Part shown: one piece after another, positions 1 through 11,207 of the stretch
Position numbering within the stretch: the stretch's first letter is position 1
How the letters are laid out: each line of letters starts with the position of its first letter
Origin: Blastocystis sp. subtype 4
Lineage: Eukaryota
NCBI RefSeq assembly: GCF_000743755.1
Contig: NW_014569535.1
Location: 1-64,000, forward strand
DNA length: 64,000 nt
Direction of reading: 5' to 3'
Made by a program: the position numbers and the translations under genes
The notes under the pieces: generated by a model
What the model saw: only the letters and a program-made list of their open reading frames with translations
The model's database searches: none
Told to the model about the DNA's origin: nothing

Positions 1-69
1 AGAAAACAGGAGATAGATAGAATCGCGGGAATAGAGAGTATTCTTGTTCTCTACAATTATTCCTTGTCC

Positions 70-1474
70 ATGCTGAACATCGTACGATCTGTGAAGAGTT
101 TTGCTGTTCCATCCTTTGCAAAACTTGGTAGGTGATCGAGGAAGTGTTTATGGGATAGTTGGTTCTAAGCAGATTCTTCCTGCTTTTACTAGTATTCGAA
201 GTATTACCTATGATCGTAAGAAGCCCCATCTGAATATTGGAACGATTGGACACGTCGATCATGGAAAGACCACTCTGACTGCTGCAATTACGAAAGTATT
301 GGCAGAACAGAATCTGGCCGAGTTTGCTGCTTACGACCAGATCGATAAGGCACCTGAAGAGCGTGCTCGTGGAATTACCATCAACTCTACTCATGTTGAA
401 TATGAGACCAGTACTCGTCACTATGCTCATGTCGATTGTCCTGGACATGCTGATTACGTGAAGAATATGATTACTGGTTGGAGAACGTTGGAAAGCTGAT
501 TTGTAGGAGCTGCTCAGATGGATGGAGCTATTCTGGTCGTGTCTGCTGTGGATGGACCAATGCCTCAGACTCGAGAGCACATTCTGTTGGCTCGTCAAGT
601 GGGTGTTCCCAACATCGCTGTATTCATGAACAAGATTGATCTGGTTGATGATCCAGAGTTGATCGAGCTTGTGGAGATGGAGGTGAGGGTTTGGGAAGAA
701 TGATGATTCTAGATTCGTGAGCTTCTCTCCTTCTACAAGTACCCTGGAGATGATATTCCAGTGATCAAGGGTTCAGCTCTGTGTGCTCTGGAAGGTCATG
801 ATGATAAGATTGGGAAGGATAAGGTGATTGAGCTAATGAAGACTGTGGATGAGTACTTCCCTCTCGTATGGATTCTCGAATGATCTCATTTGTAGCCTAA
901 GCGTGATTTGGATAAGGATTTCTTGATGGCTGTGGAAGATGTGTATTCCATTCAGGGTCGTGGTACTGTGGTAACAGGTCGTGTGGAGCAGGGTCGTGTG
1001 AAGGTGGGTGATGCTGTGGAAGTTTGTGGTCTGCGTCCCACAGCCTCAACAGTAGTGACAGGTGTGGAGATGTTCCACAAGTCAATGGCTGAGGGTCAGG
1101 CTGGAGATAATGTTGGTTTGCTCCTTCGTGGTGTGAAGCGTGAAGATGTGTTGCGTGGTCAGCTGATCTGTAAACCCAAGTCGGTGAAGGTGCATCACAA
1201 GTTTGAGGCTAATGTGTATGCGCTGACGAAGGATGAAGGTGGTCGTCACACTCCCTTCACTACCAACTATTCACCTCAGTTCTTCATTCGTACAGCAGAT
1301 GTGTCTGGTAAGATCACTCTGCCAAAGGACAAGGAAATGGTGATGCCTGGTGACAACAGTGCGATGACAATTGAGCTGCAGAAACCTGTGGGATTGCATG
1401 AAGGACTTCGTTTCGCTCTGCGTGATGGAGGTCATACGATCGGAGCTGGTGTGGTCAGCAAGATTTTAGACTAA
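70..1474 (+). CDS. TUFM: Mitochondrial (MRO) elongation factor Tu, 5 exons
   Basis: [31 protein letters not shown] and GGRHTPF motifs. ATG at 70 with a basic presequence-like N-terminus ([11 protein letters not shown]). Introns 128-158, 477-506, 683-712 and 866-895 restore the frame. TAA at 1472-1474, TGTTTGTT about 17 nt downstream. Confidence 0.97.
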
Positions 1475-1565
1475 GTGTTTTATTGGGTAGTTGTTTGTTG
1501 AATCATTCGAGTGACGTTTGAATCGATTCTTGGATCCAACAAACAGAACTCGTTAAACATAAATC

Positions 1566-2387
1566 TTACTTAGCCATGAACATTGAATACGTCTTCTGTT
1601 GCTTCAGCTTCTTCATCACCATTAGAATCGCATAAATCAGACCATCAGCTGAAGGAGGGCATCCAGGTACGTAATAATCAACAGGGAAGATACGATCCAC
1701 ACTATCCATGATCCTCTCATCTCTTTACTAACCCTCTCACGACATTGTAACTGTATGCATAATAACCACCACTATTCGAACAGCTACCCATCGAAATGAC
1801 ATAACGAGGCTCAGACATCTGATCATACAACTATTCTATCAAATCGCTTTGCTAGTATTCACTCGACGAATGGCAGGAGCCATCTTATTTGTAAGCGTTC
1901 CTGATACAATCATAAGATCAGCCTGACGAGGACTAACACATCAAATCCATTCAATTTACCTACGTAGCACGGGGAATCATACCCAGACGCTCAAAGTCAA
2001 ATCGAGCGCTAGAAGCCTGTATCATTACCTCGACAATCAAATCCTACTTCAATCATTTCCATAGCACAACAAGCAAGACCAAACGTCATAGGGTACACAG
2101 AACCAGCTCGGCAATATGCAATCACCTTATCAACAGTTGTTACACATGCATCAATAGCGTTATCGACTTTCTCAGACTTGCTAACGGGAATCTGGTCAGG
2201 ATGTGTGAAATAGTTTGCCATCTGGTGGGATGATGGGTCAGCAGGGTCCCAGACCGCCATGCATTGACCTGGAAGCAAAATACCCGACTTGGCGTAACTA
2301 CACAACTAAGCCAGTTTACAAAATACACTACGTCTTGATAGCATTCTTCGAGGCTGTCTTTGCGGCAGAAGAAATGATACGCTGCAT
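1566..2387 (-). CDS. NDUFS7: NADH:quinone oxidoreductase 20 kDa PSST subunit (NuoB/Nad10), multi-exon
   Basis: [45 protein letters not shown] and YVPGCPP motifs across ~30 nt introns. ATG at 2387 ([14 protein letters not shown], presequence-like). Ends FMAK*. Motif at 1538-1545. Confidence 0.95.
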
Positions 2388-2452
2388 TTCCTTGTACTTA
2401 TGAAGAAATCGGGATCCAAAGCAATGAAACTAAAATCGGGCTGATTTTTGGT

Positions 2453-2460
2453 AACAAACA
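2453..2460 (-). terminator. TGTTTGTT 3'-end/polyadenylation motif (GH47)
   Basis: Exact motif, 4 nt downstream of a codon-position-1 T at 2465. Confidence 0.85.
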
Positions 2461-2464
2461 GAAC

Positions 2465-4526
2465 AAGCAACTGTATGAACAGGATGTGCTTCTGTATTAA
2501 AAACTTGCTTTGTAAGATCCACAACCTTATCATCTTTGAAAAGAAGGTATGCATACTTCACAGTCTCAGCCAAGAAGAAACTCTCCATATTATTCTCCTG
2601 AGAATGGGGATCATCGACATTATAAAGGTGACCAAAACCAAAGTTGGTTTTGGTTGACTTTTCAATTCCTTGCCACATTTTCCATCCCCATTCTCGGTAA
2701 ATCGGATCTCCTGTGATTTGGTTCATATAGTACATAGTCTCAAGAGCTTCAGGACGAAGAATGTAATAAGGTGCTCGAGGGTTCACTCTCGGTGAAGGAC
2801 CATCCATGATCATAGATTCTCCTGCTATACCTGTAGCTGTACTAATATACATTCGATAACAAGTATATGCAAGAGATTTGGCATTCGCCAGATCACGATC
2901 TCGAGTGTTAGGATTGATATTATGAAGGACTCCCAAAGCCAACATACCTCCAGTGAAACAGGCTAATGAACCCATTGACCTTCCATTGTGTCCTCCTTCA
3001 TAATCTGATGTATAGAGCAAACCAGATGGACTTCGACGGAAGATATGTTTCGTGATCCCATCCACTGCATTGTTATACATGGTTCTGATTCGCTATTGGT
3101 CATACCAATCTGTAACACTTACCTCATCCTTCTTTCCTTCGAGAATCCACATCTTAACTAAGTATTCATAATATGAATCAGCTCCTCCACTCATCGAATA
3201 AGGACCTCCTGAACCTTGACCTGTGACTACATTCATTCGCATAGGAAGAATCCCATCCATAGTAGTTGCCTTGCTTAGTGAGTCATATAGTTTATCCATC
3301 ACTTTTCGGAACTTTCGATTCCTTGTCTTTGCTGCAAGATACAGAATCTCAACAGAATTAGTTCCTACTTCAGCTAGAATCGCATTTCCTCCTGTCCAAC
3401 TAGGTGAGGAAGCAGCTCCAGTGTGTAAATTGATACTGTTATGAGGATAACCAGATGGAGTATTAAATGCAGGAAGCATTCGTGTAACCAGATCCTCAGC
3501 CTTCCTGAGGTACAGTGAATCTTGGGTAAAGTCATACATGGCCAGTAGACCTCCTGTAATACGGATATTCAGTTCAAATAGGGAGTTTCCACGATTCAAA
3601 TCAAAGTTGAGTCCTTCAACAAGAGATCGAGCGTTTTGAACCTCTTTCTTCAATCCCATCAACCAAAGTGTGTCTAAAGAGTCGATAGCCGTCATAGCTA
3701 CACCACCCCAGTTATTCTTGGAATTCCCATTCATAGGACCAAGTTCATCTTTACCCCATGCATGTTCACGATAATTGGCCCAGGTAAAACAGGTAAGTCC
3801 TCGGATATGGGCCGCACGCTGCTCATTCAATGCATGATAATCTGAAGTCAGTGCTGGAGGAACAGCAAAACTGAATTTACCAGTTGTCAGGAGTGACTCT
3901 GATTGGTTTAAAAGATAATCAGAAAACGATTGAAGTGGTTTTGTTAGTTCTGGTATTGGTTCAGGGTATTCTGGCTTACACATCTCATCTACTTGAGGTG
4001 GAGGAAGTGGATACGTCGTTGTCTGACGCAAGGAAGATGCAGGAGGTTGATAGACTGCCGGTCGCTTGAGGTACTGCTCTAAGAGATCTGAAGTCACAGG
4101 AACTTGCTCGAATTTCATATCCTCACTTTCAAGAGTTTCAGTTTCGGTATCGGTCATTGGAGGTACCTCTATTTCTGGAGACACTTCTTTGGTCTCTGGG
4201 GACATAGTCTCCAACTTTGGTGACACAAACTCATTACTCTTCTTCTCAGTTATACTAGCGGTCAACTTAATATGGGGATCCTGCTGTAATACAGAATCAG
4301 CACTTACAGCCATATTATTAGTATCAACACTCGGTTTCCTACCCATTACGCATCTTTCACATCTATACACATAGGAAGAAGAAAGCCTCATGATCACAAC
4401 AAATGCGCAAATGATAACTATACCAAAGATGATCTTGAGTCGAGTAGAACGAACTACTGTTTTCTGATACTTATTTTCATCATCATCAAACGAATCCGGC
4501 AATCTATAGAAGAACATCCTATTCAT
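2465..4526 (-). CDS. MNS1: Class I alpha-1,2-mannosidase (GH47), type II membrane protein; stop probably made by polyadenylation
   Basis: N-terminal TM segment, Pro/Glu stalk, then HAWGKDEL, DSLDTLWLMG, FELNIRITGGLL, ADSYYEYL, LRPEALE, MESFFLAETVKY and FNTEAHP. The genomic stop is at 2430, but TGTTTGTT (2460-2453) lies inside the ORF tail. Confidence 0.95.
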
Positions 4527-4592
4527 GAATGGTATTAAGGAAACAAGATATCAACTTGTTTATATAGGGTTATTTTGATAATAGAGTGTAGT

Positions 4593-4666
4593 GCTCGAGT
4601 AGCTCAGCTGGTTAGAGCGTCGTGCTAATAACGCGAAGGTCTGGGGTTCGATCCCCCGCTTGAGCA
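4593..4666 (+). tRNA. tRNA-Ile (anticodon AAT)
   Basis: Cloverleaf: acceptor GCTCGAG/CTTGAGC, D arm GCTC/GAGC, anticodon loop CT-AAT-AA, T loop TTCGATC. Followed by a TTTTT Pol III terminator. Confidence 0.96.
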
Positions 4667-4688
4667 TTTTTCTTTCAACAAACATACA

Positions 4689-5764
4689 CTACTTAAAAGT
4701 TTCGTGTACCTTCACAAACCTAAATTGCCGAGGATTTCCAGAATTTCTATCGATTATACTTGAATCCAATAACTACATAGAGGAAATGGACTGTCTTCGA
4801 TTTCCTTCTATCCGCGAATTCACAGACACAGATTCTGTAGAAGTCGATAACAGGAGTGGGGGGATTATGGCTTCGGGCCTCGAACATACTGAACAAGGGA
4901 ACACATACTGAAATGATAGATGAACTGATGCAATCCGCTTGTCATCTTGATATATCTAGATTGAAATCATCTAACATCACTTACATAGGACACTCCTTCT
5001 GCTTCAGTAAAAGATGACCATTTCAAATGGTACGATCCAGAACCCAAATACATATCAAAGACATCTCCCTTCCGGTACAACTCGATGGAGAAACGTAAGT
5101 TCTGGATGGACTTTGTATTGTTAATGTAAAGCAGCCGATTCCAAGAGGGAGTGATTCCAAGAACAGGATCTGTTATACAACAATCCTTATTGGGCAGAAC
5201 CAGCCGACATCGATATTGCGAATTCCAATCTTCAATTGTAATTTCGGCTCTTTTGATTGTCAACAGCAGAAGACAAGGGGATATGGAGATTGATTTAGGA
5301 ACACTAAACTTGGTATCCTTATAGATTCGTTGGATTTGGATTTGAAGAGAACATACCACAGAATCAAAGACATGATCGGTGACTTGAAGATTCAACTGAG
5401 TTGATTTCCCATACCGATTTGATATTATGTCTGCAGAAAAAATTGATGCTATTGCAAACGGTTTTCTATGAATCACTCCAATCCTATACATAGACTCGGG
5501 TGTTATCGTATGCTCCCTTCGACGAATCGCAAAATCTATAGAATACAACTGTAAAGAAAGCTGATTTGTTGAGTCTATCGAAAAGAAACATCCCAACTCC
5601 GGATCTCGATTCTTTTTCATGTGGCCAAGATTGATCACATTATGCATATACGAAATCTATAATATAAGGACATAATACGAATAAAGTACCGATACTGAAT
5701 AACAACCATTTGGAATTCCATTTGAGGATAGAATTGTGATAAGCAAACCATTAACACCATCCAT
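4689..5764 (-). CDS. Hypothetical protein with probable C2-like domain(s)
   Basis: Spliced frame from ATG 5764 to TAG 4691-4689 via ~30 nt introns. Beta-rich LLLTIKRAE...TPSWN...IELY...YLGSG resembles a C2 domain. TGTTTGTT 4 nt after the stop. Confidence 0.6.
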
Positions 5765-5904
5765 TTGAGTATCCGATAGAAACGGAAATGGAAGTGTTCG
5801 ATTTCGTTTTCGCAATTAGTCCCAGGAATTGATCTTATTTTTATAGAATTGTTAAGATAACTATTTGATATCCTTAGGAGTGAGCATCTTTTTCTTCTCA
5901 ACGA

Positions 5905-7552
5905 ATGCAGGACATACGGGAAGATAGTTGGAGGGGAGAGAGTCATAGTGCTTCCGAAGTTGTGGGTTTCTTCTACAGTCCTGTTAATGTGAACCCCGTT
6001 TTTACCAAACGGAACTCCAAATCAAAGAGACATCGTCATCCTGTCCCTGAATTTGCTCAAACCAAGTAGTTGCTGATGGAAGAGGCTAATTTGCAGTTTT
6101 CGTTTAGTTCTGAAAAGTATCTGTAATTATTCAAACTACCTTTATAATCCTGACTTGCCTGTGAACTGGGATGACGTGTTTTCGATAGAAAGCTATGTTG
6201 ATGAGGCTGATTGCTGTCCAATCTGTCTTATGCCGTTCTCTGTACCGAGAGCAACAAAATGTGGACATATCTTCTGTTATCCATGCATCATGTACTATCT
6301 TCGTCAACAAGAGGATGAATGGGTGAAATGTCCAATGTGTGGAGAGTACTTTGATAGTCTGTCACTCCGTCCGGTACGTATTCTTCATGCCAAAGCACCG
6401 ATTCGTGAATCCAATCCATGTACAATGGAACTAGTTGCTAGAAATCGGGGTGTTGTGAATGGTTTCTCTGCTTCTCTCGATAATATTGATACATACCTCA
6501 ATAACCCCTTCCCTCTAGCAGATTCACCGGAGCAAGTGACGCAGTTCTGTCATTTATTGCGATATTCTCCTCAATATGAATTGAAGAACTTGGAACATGA
6601 TTTGAATGACATTGATGCATCTCTCGCTTCAATGAATTCTGCTGGAGAAGTTCTTCTTCTTGGAGCACTCCAAGTGATCAAGGAGGATATTCAAGGAAAA
6701 ATACAGACTATACAGGCTTTTCTTCAAGTTCATCCCAATTCCATACCATTAACCGTTTCATCCTTACATCCAATAGATAGTGATGTTCTTCTCTATTACA
6801 GCTGTCCATCTCACTTATCATACCACCTGCATCCTTTTACTCTCAAGTGTCTTCGATCCCAATATGGTGATTACAGTGATCTTCCTCCTACTATCACCTC
6901 TACTGTCGTTCAGATCGATGACGTCGAGGTTGCTTCTGGATCAGCCGCAAAGGACCCTACACTCCATCACTTCCCTTCTTTTGCTCCCATCCACTATGTG
7001 GAGCTTGATATCCGTCCCTTGCTCTGTGGTCGACTGGATGAGCGACTGTGGAAGGAAATGAAGAATCGTGAAACGGAGCGACGTCGCATCCAGCGACTGA
7101 TGAAGCGAGAGGAACGAAAGATTGGAGTAACGTTAGTTGTTTGCTGTCATGAATAGAGACATATCAAGAGAGAGGAGCAGTCCTTTATGGAACAATTTGC
7201 TCCATATTTGGTTGAAGAACCTGAGGTGAAACCCAACATGATGGATTGTGTAAGTTTTCCAACTTTGCCTTCATCGACACATACTCCCGTTGAACAGCCT
7301 CCACGGAATGCTTGGAAGGAGAATGACGTTTTGGGAGTGAATGTAGAGATTTGCACTGCTTTTGAAGACTAGTTGAGTTTGAATCGAAGTATTCAGAAGG
7401 GCAACTTTCCAGCACTTGGTGAATCGAACAAGACAACGTCATTATCAGCGCAACCGAAATCTACAATGGATTGGGGAAATGTTGCACATGCTTCTCCACA
7501 GAAAGCAAAGTCGAAGGCAAAGAAGAAGTCTATTCCTTTATTCTCCTTTTAG
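5905..7552 (+). CDS. RNF10: RING-HC E3 ubiquitin ligase, RNF10/Mag2-like
   Basis: FAQTNFRLVL and PVNWDDV precede a C3HC4 RING (CPICL...CGHIFCYPCI...CPMC). LHPFTLKCLRSQYGDYSDLP is RNF10-like. Basic C-terminus KAKKKSIPLFSF*. Confidence 0.8.
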
Positions 7553-7556
7553 TATC

Positions 7557-7564
7557 TGTTTGTT
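7557..7564 (+). terminator. TGTTTGTT 3'-end/polyadenylation motif (RNF10-like)
   Basis: Exact motif, 4 nt after the TAG. Confidence 0.85.
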
Positions 7565-7569
7565 CAGGG

Positions 7570-8695
7570 ATGTCGATATTGCGAGAAGCAGGCAAATACG
7601 CCATTGTCGGAGTTGCTGGGTTCTCTCTTTATCAGTTGACTGTTGATTTGGTGTATCAAACAGGAAGCTTTGTTAACAACTGCTTTGAATGGTTCATTGT
7701 GAAACGGATACAAAAGGAATATGATATTCTAGGTATCCTAGGATCGTGCAAATGAACAGTATATTCTGATTCATAGTGGGAAAACTTCTAAGATTTATAA
7801 GGTTAGGAGGAAAAGAGATGGAGAGATTCTTGCTCTTAAAGTCCTGAGCAAATGTAACATCTATGTCCTCGAATCCAATGCTTTCGATAACGAACGATTC
7901 ATTCTTTCTAGGGCAAATCATCCAAACATTATTAATCTTATTGGAAGTGATTCCAAACTGATGTATCAACAACTAGAATTGGAACTGGCACCAGATGGAT
8001 CTGTACGTGTTTGACTTCTTTCTGACTATAGTTATTATCTTATGTCCACAAACATGGTCCATTGAGCGAGCTTCTTGTTGTCCGAATGCTTTGTCAACTT
8101 CTTGATGCAATGATCTATTTGTTCAATAAGTTGATACTACTTCATCGTGATATCAAACCTGAGAATGTCCTCATATTCCGGATCCCTTATACATATTCTG
8201 GGATCGTTGATCACTATTATAAATCTATCCAACAAGAGAATAATCTCGTTTTCAAATTGTGTGGTAAGTGTTGTCTTTGGCTTTCAATTAGATTTTGGAT
8301 TTAGCGGAATTAACAGTGATAATTGTGGAACCAAATGTGAGATCCGGGACGACTGATCATGTGTAGACTATACACATCCCGATGTTTTTGAGGGTTTGCA
8401 GAAACACACTATTGCTAGCGAATTATGGTCTCTTGGAATTGTTGCACACTATGCACTCTTTGGAACAAATCCCTATTACAAATATTCTCAAGTTGAAGAC
8501 AAATCCATGTTTATGAATCGGATTTGTATGGAAAGGCGGAACTGGAAACGTCTTGGACCCAAGCTAAGGAGTTGCAGATGATTTTGGTGTTCATTTGTAG
8601 ACTTCTTCAAGATCTGTCTCAACCGAACCAACGATATCTTAATTGATGATGTGGTACAATTGTACAATGATTTGAGTGAAGAAAGGATACCCTGA
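7570..8695 (+). CDS. Ser/Thr protein kinase with N-terminal hydrophobic segment
   Basis: Spliced LGSGKTSKIY, ALK, HPNII, HRDIKPEN, DFG (across an intron), GTK-YYTHPD and ELWSLG. TGA at 8693-8695, motif at about 8715. Confidence 0.85.
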
Positions 8696-8811
8696 TCAAC
8701 AGTTTGAATTCTATTGTTTGTTATGAATATGGTTGGATACAGATGGAATTCCTGAAATATGCTTTATTTTCGCACATCTTTCCGTTTTATGAATATCGAC
8801 TCTAGATCCGA

Positions 8812-11113
8812 ATGGAGGAGCCTCGAAAAAAGAATTCTATTATTGACATCTATATCCAGTCGTTGAAGAAGGATAATGAATTCTACAAGAAGAAAATGGA
8901 GACTCAACAGAAAGAGACGATGGAGTTGAGTCTGAGGTATGAAGAAGAAAAGAAGAAGCAACAGTCAGAATTAGCATCCTTAAAAGAGGATCTTGCCAAG
9001 ATGGTTCGTGAGGTTACCAAATTAAAGGGTGACAATGCATTGCTCATGGAAAGACTAAGCGAATATGAATCATCCTATGTTCTCGGAAGTGGTTCTAAGA
9101 AATTGAAGGATGCATTAGGAGAGGCTCGAAAGCAGTTACGTGAAACTGTTGACAAATATAATGAACTCGTGGACTGCTATGATGCTGCGAAAGAGCAGTA
9201 TTCAGGCGCTTGTTCCGAGTCTGTTGTTCTTCGTAGTGAGAATGAAGACTTACGAAACGATCTAGAGCGGTCTAGGCAGATGTATCAGGCAGCTGCAAAG
9301 GAATTAGAAGATAATCGCGACGATATGGCATCGATGATGAAGGAACTCAGTGAATTGCGCATGGCTATGGAGCACGCTCCAAAGACGGAAGAGGTACAGT
9401 CAGTCTCGACACGCTCTTCTGTCTCTTCCTCCTCGTCTGTTGGACAAACTCGTCTTATCACATCTCTTCGTGGTCAGATCAAGGAATTGACAGGTATCAT
9501 TGAGAAGATGCGATCTGAACCGGAAAAGCGAGCTCTGGAGGCAACGACAACACTGTCAGCAACTCGCTTGATTCTCGATTCTCTCTCAAAGGGTGTTAGC
9601 TCTCTGTTGGCAACGGTATCCAATGATGATAGTCCTGCTGTTTCCTCTATCGTCTCTACAGTCGCTCAGCTGCGAGTACATGTCAGTGATCTAACTATCG
9701 CTGTAACTGATCAAGCAGACGAATGTGCTCAGTTGAAGAAATCGACTCGTTCAGTGGGTATTGCGTCGAGTGGAAGTGTTAATGAGTGGATGCAACGAGC
9801 TGACACAGCTGAACGTCAGTTACTAGAGGCAAAGAAGCGGGCAGAAGAGGCCGAACAGCGTGCAAAGGAGGCTGAGCAACACTGTGAAGAACTGCAGTAT
9901 TCTTATCAGAACCCAGCTTCGATGGATGATTTATCAAGGCGAGCAGATGTAGCAGAGAGGAAGGTAGTTGAGCTGTCACAGAGAGCTTCCACATTCGAGC
10001 GTCGAGTGAGTGATCTGGTTAGACAAAAAGAGACCACTGAAAAACGTGTACAAGAACTGGCACACTCACTGGAGACGATTCAAGAGGAACGAGACTCGTT
10101 GAAACGTCTGTTAACTACAGCAAATAATGGATTGTCGAAAGCGAATTCTGAGGTAACACAAACCAGAGTATCGAATGGTTCTCCTTCTCTCCGAGAGACA
10201 GAGTTGCAACGACAACTGAAGGTAAAGGAGGAAGAGATTCGACAGATGCAACAGAAGGCTGATGAATATCAGAAACAAGCGAAATTGAAAGATTCTTTAC
10301 AGCAACAGCTGACAGCTAAGGATACAGAGATTAGCAAACTGCGATCCTCTGTAATCGAGTTGGAAGGAGAACTTCAGCGCTGTCAACAGGATTTGGAATT
10401 AGCTCTCTCCAAAGAGGTTCCTCCTCCTATTCCTCCTCTTCCTAGTGAAGTTCCTACTGTTTCCATGATTGGTTTGATGGAGGAATCGGTACCAACTCTA
10501 CCATCCAACGAGGTTGTCCCGAGTCCTATACCATCTAACACAGACAGTCATGTTGTTGAGGCAGGTACCTCGGATGATGCTATTGTTGAGGTGTTACAAC
10601 AGATGATCGATTCACCTGAAAGCTTCAGTCTTGATACCATCGATGATGTCAGTTTTCCTGGTAGGTTCAATAACGTACTATCATATAGATTGCGGGTTCA
10701 ATGACGATCATATGCTATTGTTTACGCGGTTCTTGAGGGAGAATCAGTTCCCTAGTCTTCGGATCATCGATATGTCAAGTTGAACTGTCATTTGATTTTC
10801 ATCAGTAGATAATGTGCTAACAGAGAGAGGTGTAATTCCTTTCATTCAAACTCTCATTCAGAAGAAGATTACTACATTGGAAACTCTGGACCTATCTTGT
10901 GGAGTCCTATTTGTACTGTAATTTGTAGTCAACCAGCTTGATGACCATTTTGCTCAATCTCTTCTGGATGTTTTTGTGAGTGCGAATGTTGAGTGTTCTA
11001 TTAAGAATATTGTTTTTGAAGGTAAGGATTATTGTTGTTTTCTCACTGAAGGAAACCCCTTCTCTCCTAGTGTTTTGCAGCAAATGAAGTGTATCTATGG
11101 GGGAAAGAACTAA
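8812..11113 (+). CDS. Long coiled-coil protein with C-terminal leucine-rich repeats
   Basis: 630-aa heptad-rich ORF, a Pro-rich linker, then short exons encoding LRR-like SLRIIDMS, TLETLDLS, NQLDD and EGNPFS. TAA at 11111-11113, motif at about 11145. Confidence 0.7.
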
Positions 11114-11207
11114 GGGAATTTGCGTTGTGTTGTGTGACTATAGTTGTTTGTTAGGAAACTGAAAGGAGTTATTTCTGTTGGTAGTTAGGTCAAAACAACA
11201 CTACGAA

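Noticed and set aside
70..2387. Bacterial-like tuf and nuoB as contamination or recent HGT
   Set aside because: Both have spliceosomal introns, presequence-like N-termini and the host 3' motif, so they are ordinary nucleus-encoded mitochondrial genes.
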